A DNA stretch of 64,000 bases from Eledone cirrhosa (GCA_964016885.1 OZ024742.1:250976001-251040000); one strand, 5' to 3'. Shown: positions 29,086-44,586, numbered from the stretch's first letter. A program made the numbers and translations. Notes: generated by a model from the letters alone, not told the origin.

Positions 29086-29394
29086 TCCTGTGTCAGTGTT
29101 GAACAAAAAGGTGACGTGGTTGCCTTAACACCGTATGGCATAAATTCAGGCTGTTCAGTTTGTTTACAAACGAACAAAGCGGTGTTATAATAAGCGTCCG
29201 CTAAACTGATACGTGCATATATGTATGTGTACCTGTATGTATATATATATATATATATATATAAATATATATATATGCATCCTACTGTACGTCTGTATAC
29301 ATATATGTATGTACGTATACATACATACTTACATTTAAGTAAGTGCCATACTAAGAGTGAGAAATGAAATTTCGTTTTCATTTTATTTCAACTT

Positions 29395-31330
<1,936 letters not shown>

Positions 31331-31428
31331 TAATATGTATGTGATGAAACACAGATACCATCACATCTGTATATATATTGCGAAAGAAAAATTTACATAT
31401 ATATATATACATATATATATATATACAC

Positions 31429-31499
<71 letters not shown>

Positions 31500-31518
31500 C
31501 ACATATATATATATACAC

Positions 31519-31555
<37 letters not shown>

Positions 31556-31581
31556 CATATATATACATATATATATATATA

Positions 31582-31697
31582 CAGACAGTCCTATGCGAGC
31601 AAGACAACCACTTTTGCCTCAAGTGGGAAAACTCCCGTCCAAACCGATGCAAGCGTGGAACATGGACGTTAAACGATGATGATGATGATGATGATGA

Positions 31698-31700
<3 letters not shown>
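31582..31700 (+). mobile_element. RTE subfamily B extreme 3' end with (GAT)n tail
   Basis: Reverse complement of 19652-19770. Confidence 0.85.
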
Positions 31701-31765
<65 letters not shown>

Positions 31766-31858
31766 TAAAAATGAAAGTATAGAAATTGTTCTCTTGAGAA
31801 ACAAGATGGCGTAGGACAGAACAAAGGAGAAGCACAAAAACAAAGAAAAGAATCCCCA

Positions 31859-31901
31859 GTCACTGAAGAGGTCACAGAATGTGTGACGAAAGAACTTTGA
31901 C
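31859..31901 (+). ncRNA. Type I hammerhead ribozyme (variant family) inside pLTR-like element 31768-32046
   Basis: Stem I GTCA/TGAC; CTGAAGA; extra G; stem II GTCACA(gaatg)TGTGAC; GAAAGAACTT^. Confidence 0.75.
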
Positions 31902-32071
31902 AATATATAAACAACCATCTGGTTGTGGAACCAACCAACCAACCGGAAATTTATAAATTCCTAAATTTATTGTAATAAATTGAAGTGAAACCAACTGGTG
32001 CGTGTGTTTCTTATTGGCAACATGACCCTCCCAAAGTATAACAATATATATATATATATATATATACATGG

Positions 32072-32233
32072 GAAAAGCAAACAAGATTAGAAAAAAATAT
32101 TTACTTACTTTAATGTGTCTACTGCAGTTTCTTTGAGAAAATAACAATACTCCGAGCAGTACTGTTATTTTCTCAAAGAAACTGCAGTAGGGACATTAAA
32201 GTAAGTAAATATTTTTTTCTAATCTTGTTTGCT

Positions 32234-32237
<4 letters not shown>
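32072..32237. repeat. Near-perfect fold-back (about 75-bp arms) between (TA)n tracts
   Basis: gaaaagcaaacaagattag.. / ..ctaatcttgtttgcttttc. Confidence 0.92.
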
Positions 32238-32277
<40 letters not shown>

Positions 32278-32421
32278 TATTATGGCTAAATAGTGAGCCT
32301 TGTTACTCCGAACTTTCACCTGTGCACTGTTAGGGTCACCAGACAAGAATTCTCTGATTAGTTCAGCTCCTACTTCCCCAGATACTTTCAACATCTTTGC
32401 AACTATTTTAATGGTCCTGTT

Positions 32422-34122
32422 GCTATAACAGAGGAATTTAAGACTGGTTGTCCATGTGAACTCCTATATGCTGACAACCTGATTCTCTTAGCCAGTTCTA
32501 TGACAGAATTACAGAAGAAATTTCAGACATGGAGACACGACTTGGAAATAAAAAGCCTAAAATCAACCTGGCAAAGACCAAAATCCTAGTGAGCAAAAGA
32601 GAAAACAGGGTTCTAATCACCTTGGGAAAATGGCCCTGCTCAGTATGCAGAAAAGGAGTAGGTAGAAACTTAATTCAGTGTTCCAAATGCAAACTGTGGG
32701 TACACAAGAGATGTAGTGGGAAAACAGGCAGTCTAGCAAAAAACACAGGCATCATATGTAGATGCTGCACAGGGGCAGTAAACAAAGACCATCAGAAAGC
32801 AAGTTCCTTTAAATGCACAGAGGGCCCCATATAAATAGTTGATAGCTTCTGCTACAAAGGTAACCAAATCAGCAGCGGAGGTGGATGCACAGAAAGTACA
32901 GTTGCCAGAGTAGGAACGGGATGGAAAAGGCTCAGGGAGCTAGTGTCACTGTTAGCTACAAAAGGTTTCTCGCTGTATGATGCCTGTGTGAGCACAGCAA
33001 TGCTATATGGAAGTGAAACATGAGCTCTGCATGCCGTGGATCTACAGAGATTGGAAAGAAATGAAGCTTGCATGCTCAGATGGATGTGTAACAGCAGTGT
33101 GCGTGAACGGCAAAGTGTAAATAAATTGAGAGTGAAACTTGGCATAAGAGGGATCAAATTCTGTGTGCAGGAGAGAGAACTGCAGTGGTATGGACATCTG
33201 ATGCACATGAAGGATGACAGCTGTATAAAAAGGTGCAGAGCACTAGAGGCTGTAGGACGCCCTGGAAGAGGAAGACCCAAAAAGAAATGAGATGAAATAA
33301 TAAAGGCTGACCTGGCTCAGCTGAACCCAACAGAGATGACACAGGACTGAGATATCTGGCGCTAGAATGTATGACAAAAGACCCATGTCGACAACCCAGT
33401 CCCAGACTCTGCTCATAACGGTGCCACCCAGCTCAACACGTTAAACATTCTTGATGGTAGGACCACCCTGTAACATAGCTCCTCTGTGAGTAAGGCTTGA
33501 CATGGCCACTGGCCCAACCTACCTCATAGTGGCACCATCCAGCTCACAAATTATGGCTCCAATGTAAGCAGGGTATGGCACAACCAACTGACCACCCTCT
33601 CCTTATAACAGTGCCACCCAGAGCTCCACTATAAGTATGGCTTGGTGCAGCTAACTGACCAGATCTACCTCATAATGCGACCAACCAGATCACCCAAAAC
33701 TGCAAACGTCCCGAAATTGTGCAAGGTATGGTACGGTCATCTGGTCAGACTTGGTTCATAACAAGACCACCCACTAAAATGGCTCCACTATGTGTAAGGC
33801 CTGGTGCGGCCAACTGGCCAGACCTCCCTTGTAGTGTGACCACCCAGCTCCCAAACTATGGTTCCACTGTAAGCAGGATATGGTGTGGTCAACTGGTCTG
33901 TGCCTCCTCATAATAGTGCCATCCAGTTCCACACTGTAAATGTGGTTGGTGTTAGGAAGAGTATCCAGGTGTAAAAATCCCAGCCAAATTTATGTGAGCA
34001 AGGTATGGTATGGCCAACTGACCAGACTTGTCTCATGACATGGGTGACCCATCTAACTCATGCAAGCATGGAAAATGGACGTTAAATAGTGATGATGATG
34101 ATGATGATGATGATGGTGATGA
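32422..34122 (+). pseudogene. Degraded RTE LINE 3' half with tandemly expanded 3'UTR (33400-33960)
   Basis: EEFKTGCP.ELLYADNL; PHD-like CSVCRK..CSKC..HKRC; LQWYGHLM; degenerate 3'UTR repeats; (GAT)n tail. Confidence 0.85.
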
Positions 34123-34441
34123 TGTATTTGTGTGCATGTGTATGTTTAAATCCTAACACAACAGCAGCTAAAAATGAATATTGACTAAGAAAGACAGTCT
34201 TCAATTTTTCTGAGAATGTTTTATTTTCCTATGGATCATCCTTGATAATGGATGGTAAATCCAAAATATTGGGAATATTGGGATTAATAAACTACTATGG
34301 TAACAATAAGTCATTGTTGTCCATATAATTTCCTCCTTCTCTCACTTATTGCAGTCTACCTTACCTAACTCAATTCCCTTCTGACTTGTTGTCTGCATTG
34401 TAACAACTTCTTAATCATACCCAATTATTTTTATGTATATA

Positions 34442-34786
34442 CAGTGTACTCCCCGGCATTCACAGTCCTGGTTATTCATGGAATTTTCCTTAGACACCTA
34501 ACTAAGAATTATCTGTGGAAACCACTGCATATTTGCAGAATTATAAATATCATCCGCAATTTTTCATGGCTTTTTTGTGGCAATATGTTTTTTCACGCTT
34601 TTTAACACTAAATCATTAATAACGATACACCGTATTTCAAGGCCTATATTTTAAATTATGTTTTCACGTTTATAAGCATTTTTATGGATCACGCTCAATA
34701 TTCGTAGTTTTTCACTCTTCATGGGTGCTCTAGGAACGTAAGCCCCCCCCCCCCCCACCTGCGAATACCAGGGGAGGGGACAACTG
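34442..34786. mobile_element. Tc1/mariner (Tigger/pogo-like) MITE
   Basis: TA|CAGTG..CAACTG|TA; same family inverted at 60492-60760 and partial at 58015-58165. Confidence 0.75.
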
Positions 34787-35019
34787 TACATATATATGTT
34801 TAAATTTATGAACAAGGCATTATCTGTGCAGCCATCTTGCCTGTAACCATCTTCTACATATATATCTTTCTCTTCACCGCTCAACCTTAGCCTCAGGTCT
34901 GTTTTTCTCTCTCTCTTCACATCCATCACTATCACTAGTTATGTCCACACTATACCTTCTAAACATTTAAAACATAAACCTGTCACATTTCATTTCAGCA
35001 AATATATTCATTCAGATAT

Positions 35020-35345
35020 TATCATCATTGTTTAATGTCTATTTTTTCACACTTGAATAGGTTAGACAGGTTGTTATGTTATGAGACAAGCCAGGTTGAG
35101 TGGCCATGTCTTGCTCATACTGATCTGTAGTTTAGCTTGATTTCTACAGCTGGATGCCTTTCCTTATGGTAACCAAGTTGCAGTGTGGACTGAGTGCTTT
35201 TTATCATGGCACCAACAAAATTATCTAACAGGGTGGACTGGGTGGTTTTTCGTCATATCACCAGCATGACCACCTTATGGGTTTGACTGGGTGCTTTTTT
35301 CTCATATCACAAACATGATCACCTTACACAATGGACTGGCTGCTT
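35020..35345 (-). mobile_element. Degraded RTE 3'UTR
   Basis: ttctacagctggatgcc motif and repeated gtggactgggtgc units. Confidence 0.65.
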
Positions 35346-36009
35346 TTGTTGTTGTAACACTAGATCTTTTTTTAGGCTGACCTTGGTGCTGGTTTTGCAG
35401 CAACATTGAGATCAGAAGAGATCAGAAGTAGAGTGTGTCCATTCATGAAGATATTAAGTTACAAATTCTTTTTCAGTGTGTTTGTCAGTCAACTATTAAC
35501 AATTTTGTTGCCTTCAATTTATTCATAACTGTTTGAATTTAAAAGCAAGTCATTATCTGAGCAGCCTAATTGCCTTTCACCATAACTCACCTGCCTGCCC
35601 CTTTACCATCTCCTTTCTGAAGGTTGCTTTTTCCGTATGTTCATGTGATAGGCTCTAATGGCAGCTACTTACTGCACTGTAACTAAGCTATCTTTGGAGC
35701 AGACATGGGTTCTCTATGCTATAAGGAAGCAACCCATCTAGAAGAGCAGTTCTAAATTATTCTGAATTATTAAAACTGTACAGAGTAGATGCAGACTCTG
35801 TAAGCCAATGGGGAGACTGCACAGAGTAGGCAAGGACTTCATAAGCCATAGAGTAACCAGTCTAGGAGCACAGTTACTCTGAAGTAAAAGTGATACATGG
35901 TAGAGAGAACTCTTAAGTCTTGACAGATAACTCTCTAGTGTTGGTGACATGATAAAATGCACTCAGTCCATGCCGTAAAGTGGTTGGTGTTCATCATCCT
36001 GTAGCCTGA

Positions 36010-37000
36010 ACTGAAATAGACTCAAAAATAGATCTCCACATAGATCTGTCACTCATTTCATTGCTTATATCTCAAACATCAATAACAGTCTTTGGTTACA
36101 ACATCTGGATAGGAGAGCTTACCTCTTTGGCTTTGAATAGATGTTGTTTTCCAAAGTACTAAAGGGGATGTGTTTTCATTCGAGGTGTGATGAAAATGGT
36201 CTGCAAAAAATCTCAGTTTCTTTTTCCACACTATCAGAAATACAAGGGAAACCATTGTATATTTCTCTAAGCATCTTATGTTGCTTCAAACTCATGTTTT
36301 GAGCCTGACAAAGCAAAGATGTATAAACTCTATCAAGGTGCTTTAGTTTGATAAGTGTCTAAATTTCACTACCATGAAGTAAGATTTGTTGTATTGTAAC
36401 TTGAAAGAGTCTTACTTTAGAGGAATTTGGTAGGCTGAATGCCAGATTCTGTCAAGCTTATTACATGCTAAACATGCCTGGGCTTTTCTGATGTTGAAAT
36501 ATTTTTCAGAGTCCATGACCTAAGAACCAAGGTAGTTAAAATCATTAGCTCTCTTAATTTCACTTCTATATTGTACTTTGAGGGTGGTTTGAACAAATAA
36601 ATTTGAGATGTACTCAGTCTTGCTTTCATTGAGTTGAAGACTAACAGGAGTAGCTGCTTCTTAGAGGATCTTGAGATGTTGGGAATTCTCAATGCAGTCT
36701 GCTAGAAAAGCAATGTCATCTGTAAATTTAAGATATAAAAGATGTTGGGAAGGATGTTTTGAGCTCAAGCAAGGTTTGATGGTGATGCCCTTCTTGTTGA
36801 TGGTGTCTAAAGAGATTCTAAGAGTATAGTATAGTGCTATGATGAAAAGGAATGATGCAAGTATGTCACCCTGCAACACAAATGCAGAGATGTCAAAAAA
36901 TTCAGTTAGGCCATCAGAAATAATCATAAGTACATTGGTGTTTTGATAGAGTGCTTTAATTTCTTTCATAAGCATGATTACAGTTACATACAAGGCAACC
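36010..37000 (-). pseudogene. Degraded RTE-clade RT
   Basis: TEFFDISAFVLQGDILASFLFIIAL..FTDDIAFL; related to 47755-49210. Confidence 0.7.
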
Positions 37001-37064
37001 ACACATTTTCTTTCAGATACAGAAAGATGACCCAACAGCCATTGGATTCGTTCCTATTGTGAGG

Positions 37065-40000
37065 TACCCCACTTCAGAGCTGCACTCTCAATGACATAGT
37101 GAAATTGTGGGGATGTTGATGTGTGCTGTGTGCAAGAGGAGAGATGGAGGAGAGCATCACTCTGACTCGTCACAGTAAACAGTATAGATATAAAATTGTA
37201 GGAAATAATAGTAGAGTAATAGATTTTTTTTTTTAGGGTGATTTATATAATATTCATTAAATAAGATGCTAGCTGTCAATCAATAAGATTTATCATGTAT
37301 TTTGTACTTATAAATTAATCTTGTATTTAGAATCACATCATAATTCCTGTATATTAAAATGTATACTAAACAAGTTTAAACATTAAACCTATGGTAATAA
37401 AAAGTATAATGAATTTGCTTTACTTAAGAAGTTATTCATGCAATATTGAAAGAACGGAAAAAAAGCGAAGATAATACGTTGTTAGTTGGATAGATTGTTG
37501 TCATATTTACAAAAATAATATGCGATGGGGCCCACCCACAGCCCCGGTAGACAGAATGGAGAAGGCGTTTCCCCGGAGGACGGCAAGGGAGCCACGCTGG
37601 AAAAGCCACTCCAACTCACGGGGCTCACACCTGCAGCTGGCCAGCTCAGCGCCTATGGTGGTGAGTAAGGAGGTAACCCTGGGGCCAAGGACACCAGTAG
37701 TTTCCACTGCCAGGGGTATGACCGCAAACCTGTCGGAGAGCGACCAGTATTTGATGAGTTTGGCCTCCTCAGCCCAACGTGCAGCAGAACCTGGGTCAGA
37801 CGCAGACTGCACCAAATTTCGGCTGCAGAAAATGTCGGTGCAAGAGGCATCCCAGACGAGGGGTTTGCCAGCACGGAACGGGAAGATGGTCATGCCATCT
37901 GGCCTTTTGCCGTCCCCTCGATCCAGCCCCACCGGCTCGAGCTGGGTAGGGAAGCCTGCAGCATCCAAGCCATGCTTAACGACCTCGCTGAGGGCAGCAT
38001 GGCATGGAATGTGGCCGGCACTGGTGACATGAAAGCGGGTGGAGGCCGAAAGAGTCCACGGTGGAACCGCAGCGACATTGGTGTGGCTGGCAGATCCGGA
38101 GGCCGAGCCTCAGGGAAATGCTGATGCGCAGGCTATGGTTGTCTAGCTGCATGCCAGTGGAGAAGGAGGGCAGTGCATGGAGCTAGGCACCACTGTGGGG
38201 TTTGGAGGCCGCACGAAAACAAGCAAGGCGGTGCTGGTCGAGCTGGCGCGTGAGCCTGTCTGAGGCCAGGCTGCACTGGATGGCATCCTAAGTGCATTGG
38301 AGAGACTTGACGTCAACACATTGGGATGGCATCCCAAGTGTTGACGGCAAGTCTCTCATCTTGGGATGGCATCCCAAGTGCGTTGGGGGGAGGGACTTGA
38401 CGTCAACTGGGCTAAGTCCCAGCTAGTCCCACGTCTCACAGGTAGCCTCACGGTCTCTGAACACAGAGGGTTCTGTTGTATTTTGAAGAACCCTGCTGAA
38501 AAGGACGCGGCACGAGGTTACCAATGAAAGACACGCCAGAAAAGCTAGTGAGATCGGGGACTGGAGGCCAAGGCCGCCATACCTGACAGGTAAAGTGGCC
38601 TGTTGCCACCCTATGTCGTCAAACTTGATGTTGCATATCTCCTCGGCTGCTGCTCAGATACAAGTATCGAGGTCAGCGAGGAGAGATGTCTGGGTGTAGG
38701 ACGGAGCGCTGCAGAGGGTATAGAGGAGCTTTGGCATGGCGAAGCAGTTCCTCAACAGAAAGAGAGCTGGGTGGCCGTCAATAAAGCCCAGTCAGCTTGT
38801 GAGAGTCTGGAGTTGTTGAAGCCTGGACCTGATGGAGGAGCAGATGGCTGGCGGGTGGATCGGTGACCCGAGGATGAGGACATCCTCTTTGGGGGCACCT
38901 GAACCTGGTAGAAAATGGACCGCACGTCCAAGACAGAGGCTGCAAAGCTCGCAGCATCAAGGCTGACATTCACCACCTCCGACTTGGCCGAGTTGACCTG
39001 GAGGTCGATTCCCACCAATTGAAGGTCATGGCAGACCGTCCATACGGGCCCGCCCAACGTAGCATCATCCAGATACCAAACGTTGAGAGGGGCCGTGATA
39101 CTCCGGGCGATGTGGTCAATACCAAGGGCGAACAGGAGCGGTCCAAAAGGGTCGCCATGGTGGACCCCAGTAGCTGAGGGTATGACCATATCAGCAGCAA
39201 GGAGCATGCTCAGGGCTCCATACGACAGGTAGGCCAACGGGTAGGCAGACGGGGCTCGGCTGAGGCAGGCCTCAAGCAGATGATCCTGGCGTAAAGAGTT
39301 GAAGGCATTCCTCATGCCAAGCTTGACAATGAGGTGCCTGGAGTCCCTGGATGCCAGTTCCGATGGGCAGCTGTTGAAGAACTGCCTGGTTGCATGAGCG
39401 GCCCCTTCACAGCCACCGGACACGCCGGCACCCAGTTGCACCGGACTAAACTCCTCACCCATTTCGTGTGTTACGGACTTGCAGATCACCTTGGCAGCCA
39501 GCCTCCAGAAGACATTGCCCACAGCAATGGGGCGTATGCCACCCTCTTTCTTCCTGAGAGCGGTGAGGCTGGCCGAAAAAAAGAGGTCTCGGGCGTAAAG
39601 GTCCAGGGTGCCATGGATGAGCCTATTAGTGAGCGCCACAATTGCACTCAGAAGGTGGCGCCTGGCCTCAGCGGAAAGGGGGCATATCAACTTCTTGGGG
39701 TGGCCTGGTCAGAGACCATCAACACCTCCGCAGCTGCTAGCTGGGAAGGACCTGATGGCAGACATGATGTCTGCATCAGAAGCCACAAGAAGCAAGTGGG
39801 AGTCAGGTGAAAGTATGGGTCTGAGATCAGTGGGTGGCTCAGGGTGTTTGAGTCGCAGAGCAGCCAGGACCTCCTTGGTGGGTTGGAGGACAGTGTCCTC
39901 TGAGGAAACAACTCAGACTGTGGCCGAGACATCACCCATGATAAGCTTGGCATTTATCTGGTCATGCAAACACTTGGCGTTTGTCTCGAGGGTGGAGGAT

Positions 40001-41710
40001 AGGGGGTACCTGAGGGTAGGGTGTGTGGCTTGGAATGGGTGCTCGCCCAAAGGACGAGACATTGGCCTTGACGAAGGCTGCTGTTGACTGACCACCCCGG
40101 TCAGCGCCAGAGCTGGGAGGCCAAGGGCGAGTGGGGTGAAATAGAACAGCCGCTCCCAGTCACTGGCTCGATTGGAGTCCAGGGCGCTCTCAGTCGAGGA
40201 AGCGAATGCATCGGATACCGGCATCCGTGCTGCTTTCAGGATCCTGAGTGGGATCTTCCGGAGCTGCCTGAGCCAAGCGATGTTGACCAGCGAGGCTTGG
40301 GCATCAGGCAAGCTTGCTGTCCCATCTGGTGGTGTGCCAGATGGCCGTGGCTGGGAAGACGTGGGGAAGAGGCAGCTCCTGCACCCCCACGAGGCGTAGG
40401 CATTTTACTAGCTGAGAAGTGAATAGATAAGCTAATTGGGGTAGTTAGAGTATATGACAGAATTATTAAACTGAGTATAGTCAAAGGTAATAGGATGACA
40501 ATTATCTCAAGCTATGCACCACAATCACAACTAAGAAAAGAATAAAATGGTCATTTCTATGAGGAACCCTTACAGATAAGTTCAATTATATATAACAGAG
40601 ACCTCATCATCCTACCAGGCAACTTCAATTGACAAGTTGGGAAGGTCCAGAATGGCTACTCAAGAGTGCATGGTGGCTATGAATATGGCTTGAGAAATGA
40701 AGAAGGATTAAAGCTTTTAGTATTCTGTGATGCAAATGACCTGGCCATTTGCAACACTAACTTCAAGAAATTGGTCAGCCACTTGATTACTTACAAATAA
40801 GGTGAGCATGAAAGTTAAATTGACTTCATGCTTGTTAGAAAATGGGATAAACAGATGATTATGAATACTAAGTCTCTTCCTGCAGAAGAATGAATCACCC
40901 AACACAAATTACTTATTAGTAATATCAGATTAAGAACCAGATGGAACAATAAGCACAAGACAATCTGGAGAAAGTGAGTATGGAAGCTAAAAGATCTCTT
41001 TGCTAAATATAAGTTTGAAAAAGCTCTATGTAACGTGTATGAGAGGGAAGAGTAGATAAATACATATGACATAGAGGACAATTGGAAATATATATGAGGC
41101 TACTGTAGGCTACTAACAAGACCTGTGGCTGGAGTTTAATACAGACCTGACAAAATGAAAGTCTGGAAAAATAGGGGCAGCAAAGAACAATATCAAGTAC
41201 CTAAAAAAAGAAGCTAGACAATAGGCTTACATAGTATATAAAGAAGCAGCAAACAAGAGGTTTGCTAATGAGCTGGGATGTAACAATCAGCAACATGAAG
41301 TGTTCTGCAATGTGAATCAGGATGTCGCTGGAAAGAAGTGTGTTCAAAATAACTCAGGTGCACTTAATTTCACTGATGCTCAGAAGAAAGAGACCTGGAA
41401 ATTCTACTATGAGAGGTTGCTGAATGTGGAGAATGTGAGGGATGAAAAGGGACTATTCTCAGTAGACTCAATAGTTAGAAGGTCAAAGAAGCAATCAAGG
41501 AGACAAGAAATGGAAAAGTTGCTAGACCATCAAAGATAGTTGCTAAGATGCTGAAATCATCTGGTAAAGTAGGAGTCAAGCTAGTCCCCTGCATAATCAA
41601 ACAGGTAATACATGATGGTATCATACCCAATGCCTGTTGTAATAGTATGATCATTAATTTTTACAAGGGAAAAGTTGATGCTCTAGGAAAGAGTAATTAT
41701 AGACATAAAA
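37065..41710 (+). pseudogene. Degraded RTE LINE (APE and linker) split by a CRE insertion at 37224-40392
   Basis: Left part reads DVCCVQEERWR..KQYRYKI.GNN; right part reads GVGILLAEK.IDK..DRIIKL..SYAPQ..GNFN; compare the APE at 42394-42666. Confidence 0.75.
37224..40392 (-). mobile_element. 3.2-kb CRE-clade non-LTR retrotransposon (RT plus RLE), frameshifted, with poly(A) tail
   Basis: GIRPIAVGNVFWRLAAK, QLGAGVSGGCE, GVHHGDPFGPLLF, WYLDD, RPDGMTIFPF..VWDASC, PLAVETTG, RGNA; T11 at 37224-37234. Confidence 0.9.
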
Positions 41711-41949
41711 CTGATGTCCATTTTGTTTCCATTATAGGGATATGGGGATTCCTGTGCCCTGTTATTAGACTATTTTCTGTAATCAAAATATGATGAAAGA
41801 TTCTAATTCTGTTTTCAATGTGAGTGTTGAGAGGAGGGGTAGTGGGGTGTGAGAGAGAGGAAATTGTTGAAATGAAAGGCAGACCTAAAGATTATATTAC
41901 AAAATTTCAGTAAAAAGATGTTTCTATACCCCTGATATTGCCTGTGTCA

Positions 41950-42065
41950 CTCAGGTACTTTATTCTATTGACCCCATAAGGATGTAAGGTAAAGCTAACC
42001 TCGATAGAATTTGAACTCAGAATGTAAAGGGCCGTAACTCTATGCTACAAAGCATGTTATCTGAC
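41950..42065 (-). mobile_element. SINE family S1 fragment
   Basis: Reverse complement of the S1 B box and core. Confidence 0.65.
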
Positions 42066-42134
42066 CTGGTCTATAAAATATAATAACTAACTTGTGTTGG
42101 ATGGTGCAATCTTCCCCAGGGAAGGCCTAAGTAT

Positions 42135-42780
42135 TTACTGCAGTCTGTTTATTTTCTCTTTCAAGTAAGTTATCAATTTGGCTTGTGTGTTCCCCAGGCT
42201 GATATAAAATCAGTGTAACAAATGGTTAGTTCATTTGCACCACAGAATTCCAGGAGCCTTAAACCCTCTTCATTTTTTTAGCCATAACCATAGCTGCTGT
42301 GAACACCACAGAATCTGTCTGGTACTCTTCCACATGTCCATTGAAGTCACCAGCCAGGATGATGAGGTCTCTTTCATCAGTATCTGAAGTTGTCTACAAA
42401 AGTTCCTCATAGAACCTGTTCTTTTGGTCTTTACTTAGCCCTGCCTGTGGAGCATAGGTAGATGTAATTGTCACCATTCTATTTCCTACTGCTATTCTAA
42501 GCTTGATAATTCTGTCACTTACTCTAACAACCTCTATCACCTTATCTATCCATTTCTCAGCTAGTAGAATGCCTACACCACCTCCATTATCATTTCTCAC
42601 CCAGAAAAGTTTATATTTATGTTGTTTACCTGTCAGTAGTCTTGCTGGGGCATCCCTCCATCTCACCTCTTATACATAGCATATATCTACTTCTCTTCTC
42701 TCTAACAGTTCCACAATTTTACTTGATTTACCTTTCAGGTTGCCAACATTGAGGGTGGCAGTCCTGAGATTTGTACCTTG
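42135..42780 (-). pseudogene. RTE apurinic endonuclease domain
   Basis: LRTATLNVGNL..GVGILLAEKW..TYAPQ..AGDFNGHV. Confidence 0.85.
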
Positions 42781-43453
42781 ACAGTTGTTGTTACTTTTTG
42801 GGGGTAGAAGTTCTATGTACCTGAAAGGGAAAAAGGCTGTTCGATTGCTTGATGACAGTCGAAGAGTTCTTGCACATGGATACTCTAGCCACTGCACTAC
42901 CATGTGCATCACTAACATGACTAGTGTTGGCCCTCTATACACAATTTGTGAGAATCATATTTGTCGTGCTTCTCATATTTTTGTTTGGGTTTTTCTGGCT
43001 GGATGTCCTTCCTACCACCAACCATTTTACAGCTTGGACTGGGTGCATTATTCATGCCACTAGCACTAGTGAGGTTCTTTTACTGGACTCATGAGTCCTC
43101 TCCTCCCTGTATCCGTATTTATTTGAACTGTCTACTCTCCTAGACAAGTTGCCTTCACTAAAACTTATGGAGCCCTACATCTGCCCCATGCAGTTGTTAT
43201 TAATCAGAGTCATTGACCTCTAAACTTTGGTTGTGTCTTTACACATATAAACTTACATATCTGACACTGTGGAAAAAGAGACAGGCCCTGTCTGTGTCTT
43301 TACACATATAAACTTGATTATCAAAGATAAGATGTCAAAAAAGAGTTGAGACCCGTCAATTTGATTGTACCCTGAGCTGGTAGATATCGAAACAATTGTA
43401 ATATGCCAATAAAGTTTGTACATATGCTGCAACACTGACTTCAATTCTACTTA

Positions 43454-43538
<85 letters not shown>

Positions 43539-43656
43539 CATATATATATATATATATATGTAAAAGGTAAACAGAAATGTGAAAACATAATGAAACAAAT
43601 GGCACAGTACATGGAAAAAATATATTAGTTTACCGTTTTAAATAGGAGGAAGAGAG

Positions 43657-43692
43657 TCTTAACGTTTTGGATACTAGTACTTCATCAGAAGA
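43657..43692 (-). ncRNA. Decayed minimal hammerhead (G12A)
   Basis: TCTT-CTGATGA-..-AAAACGTT-AAGA; sister copy at 49469-49504(+). Confidence 0.45.
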
Positions 43693-43813
43693 TAGAGTTA
43701 GATATAGAAGATAAATACAAAGTAAAGTGTGATGAGAGGAAGGACTGGGAAAAATGAGAAAAAAATTGGGGAGATAAAACACATGTGCGCGTTCTGTCGG
43801 CCATCTTGATATA

Positions 43814-43859
<46 letters not shown>

Positions 43860-44435
43860 GTCGTTTGGAAGCCTCGACAATGCAGATGGGTAAATCTCTG
43901 GGTAACAAGATCCGGTGGTGGAGAGAGAGATGTAATTGGGTGTACGTTGAGATGTGTGGCGTGTAGAAGAATGTAGGAAAGAGCGTAAAGGATAAAAATA
44001 AAAATAATAACTACCTTGGGAGAGATTTAATTGTCCCTATATATTTCGGATTCACATCCATCAACTGGGGGTTTTTTCCGGAGGGGGGAAAGGTTGTCTG
44101 TCGGAAAGGAGGACACGTTTCGCACCTTTCCGATGGCTGTCGTTTATTTATCTATTATTTCTTCATAGGTGCCTTTTAATCTTATAGCCTGGTTTAATTG
44201 GTTTTTTGTGTGGTTGATTATGCTGATTGGGAGATGAAATGGTGTATATATCTTATCAATTGATTCTATGGACATACTTTATAGTATATATATATATATA
44301 TATATAATAGCAATAATAATAAATGTGAAGACTAAAATCCGAAGAGGGCTCGAGAAGGATAATATATACTCTTTAACCTGTTCCAGCCATCCGGCTGAGG
44401 CTATGCTGGGGCACCGCATAAAACCATAGAGCAAA

Positions 44436-44586
44436 TATTTATTAAAATAACAGATTAAAGTTTAAGAAAAGAACTGCTGCTTTCACCCTTAACGGGATCT
44501 TCTGAAACTCAAAGTTTCAGAAGATCCCGTTAAGGGTGAAAGCAGCGATTCTTTGTTGAAACTTTAATCTGTTATTTTAATAAATA
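44436..44586. repeat. Fold-back element with hammerhead-like core
   Basis: About 74-bp arms; CAGAAGA-TCCC(gttaa)GGGT-GAAA at 44518-44541. Confidence 0.8.

Larger units (their letters stand above)
28418..29394. mobile_element. Non-coding hammerhead-bearing element: inverted arm (28418-28846) plus forward 473-nt unit with about 75-bp terminal redundancy
   Basis: 28418-28846 is the reverse complement of about 28906-29333; 28847-28922 is repeated at about 29320-29394. Confidence 0.85.
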
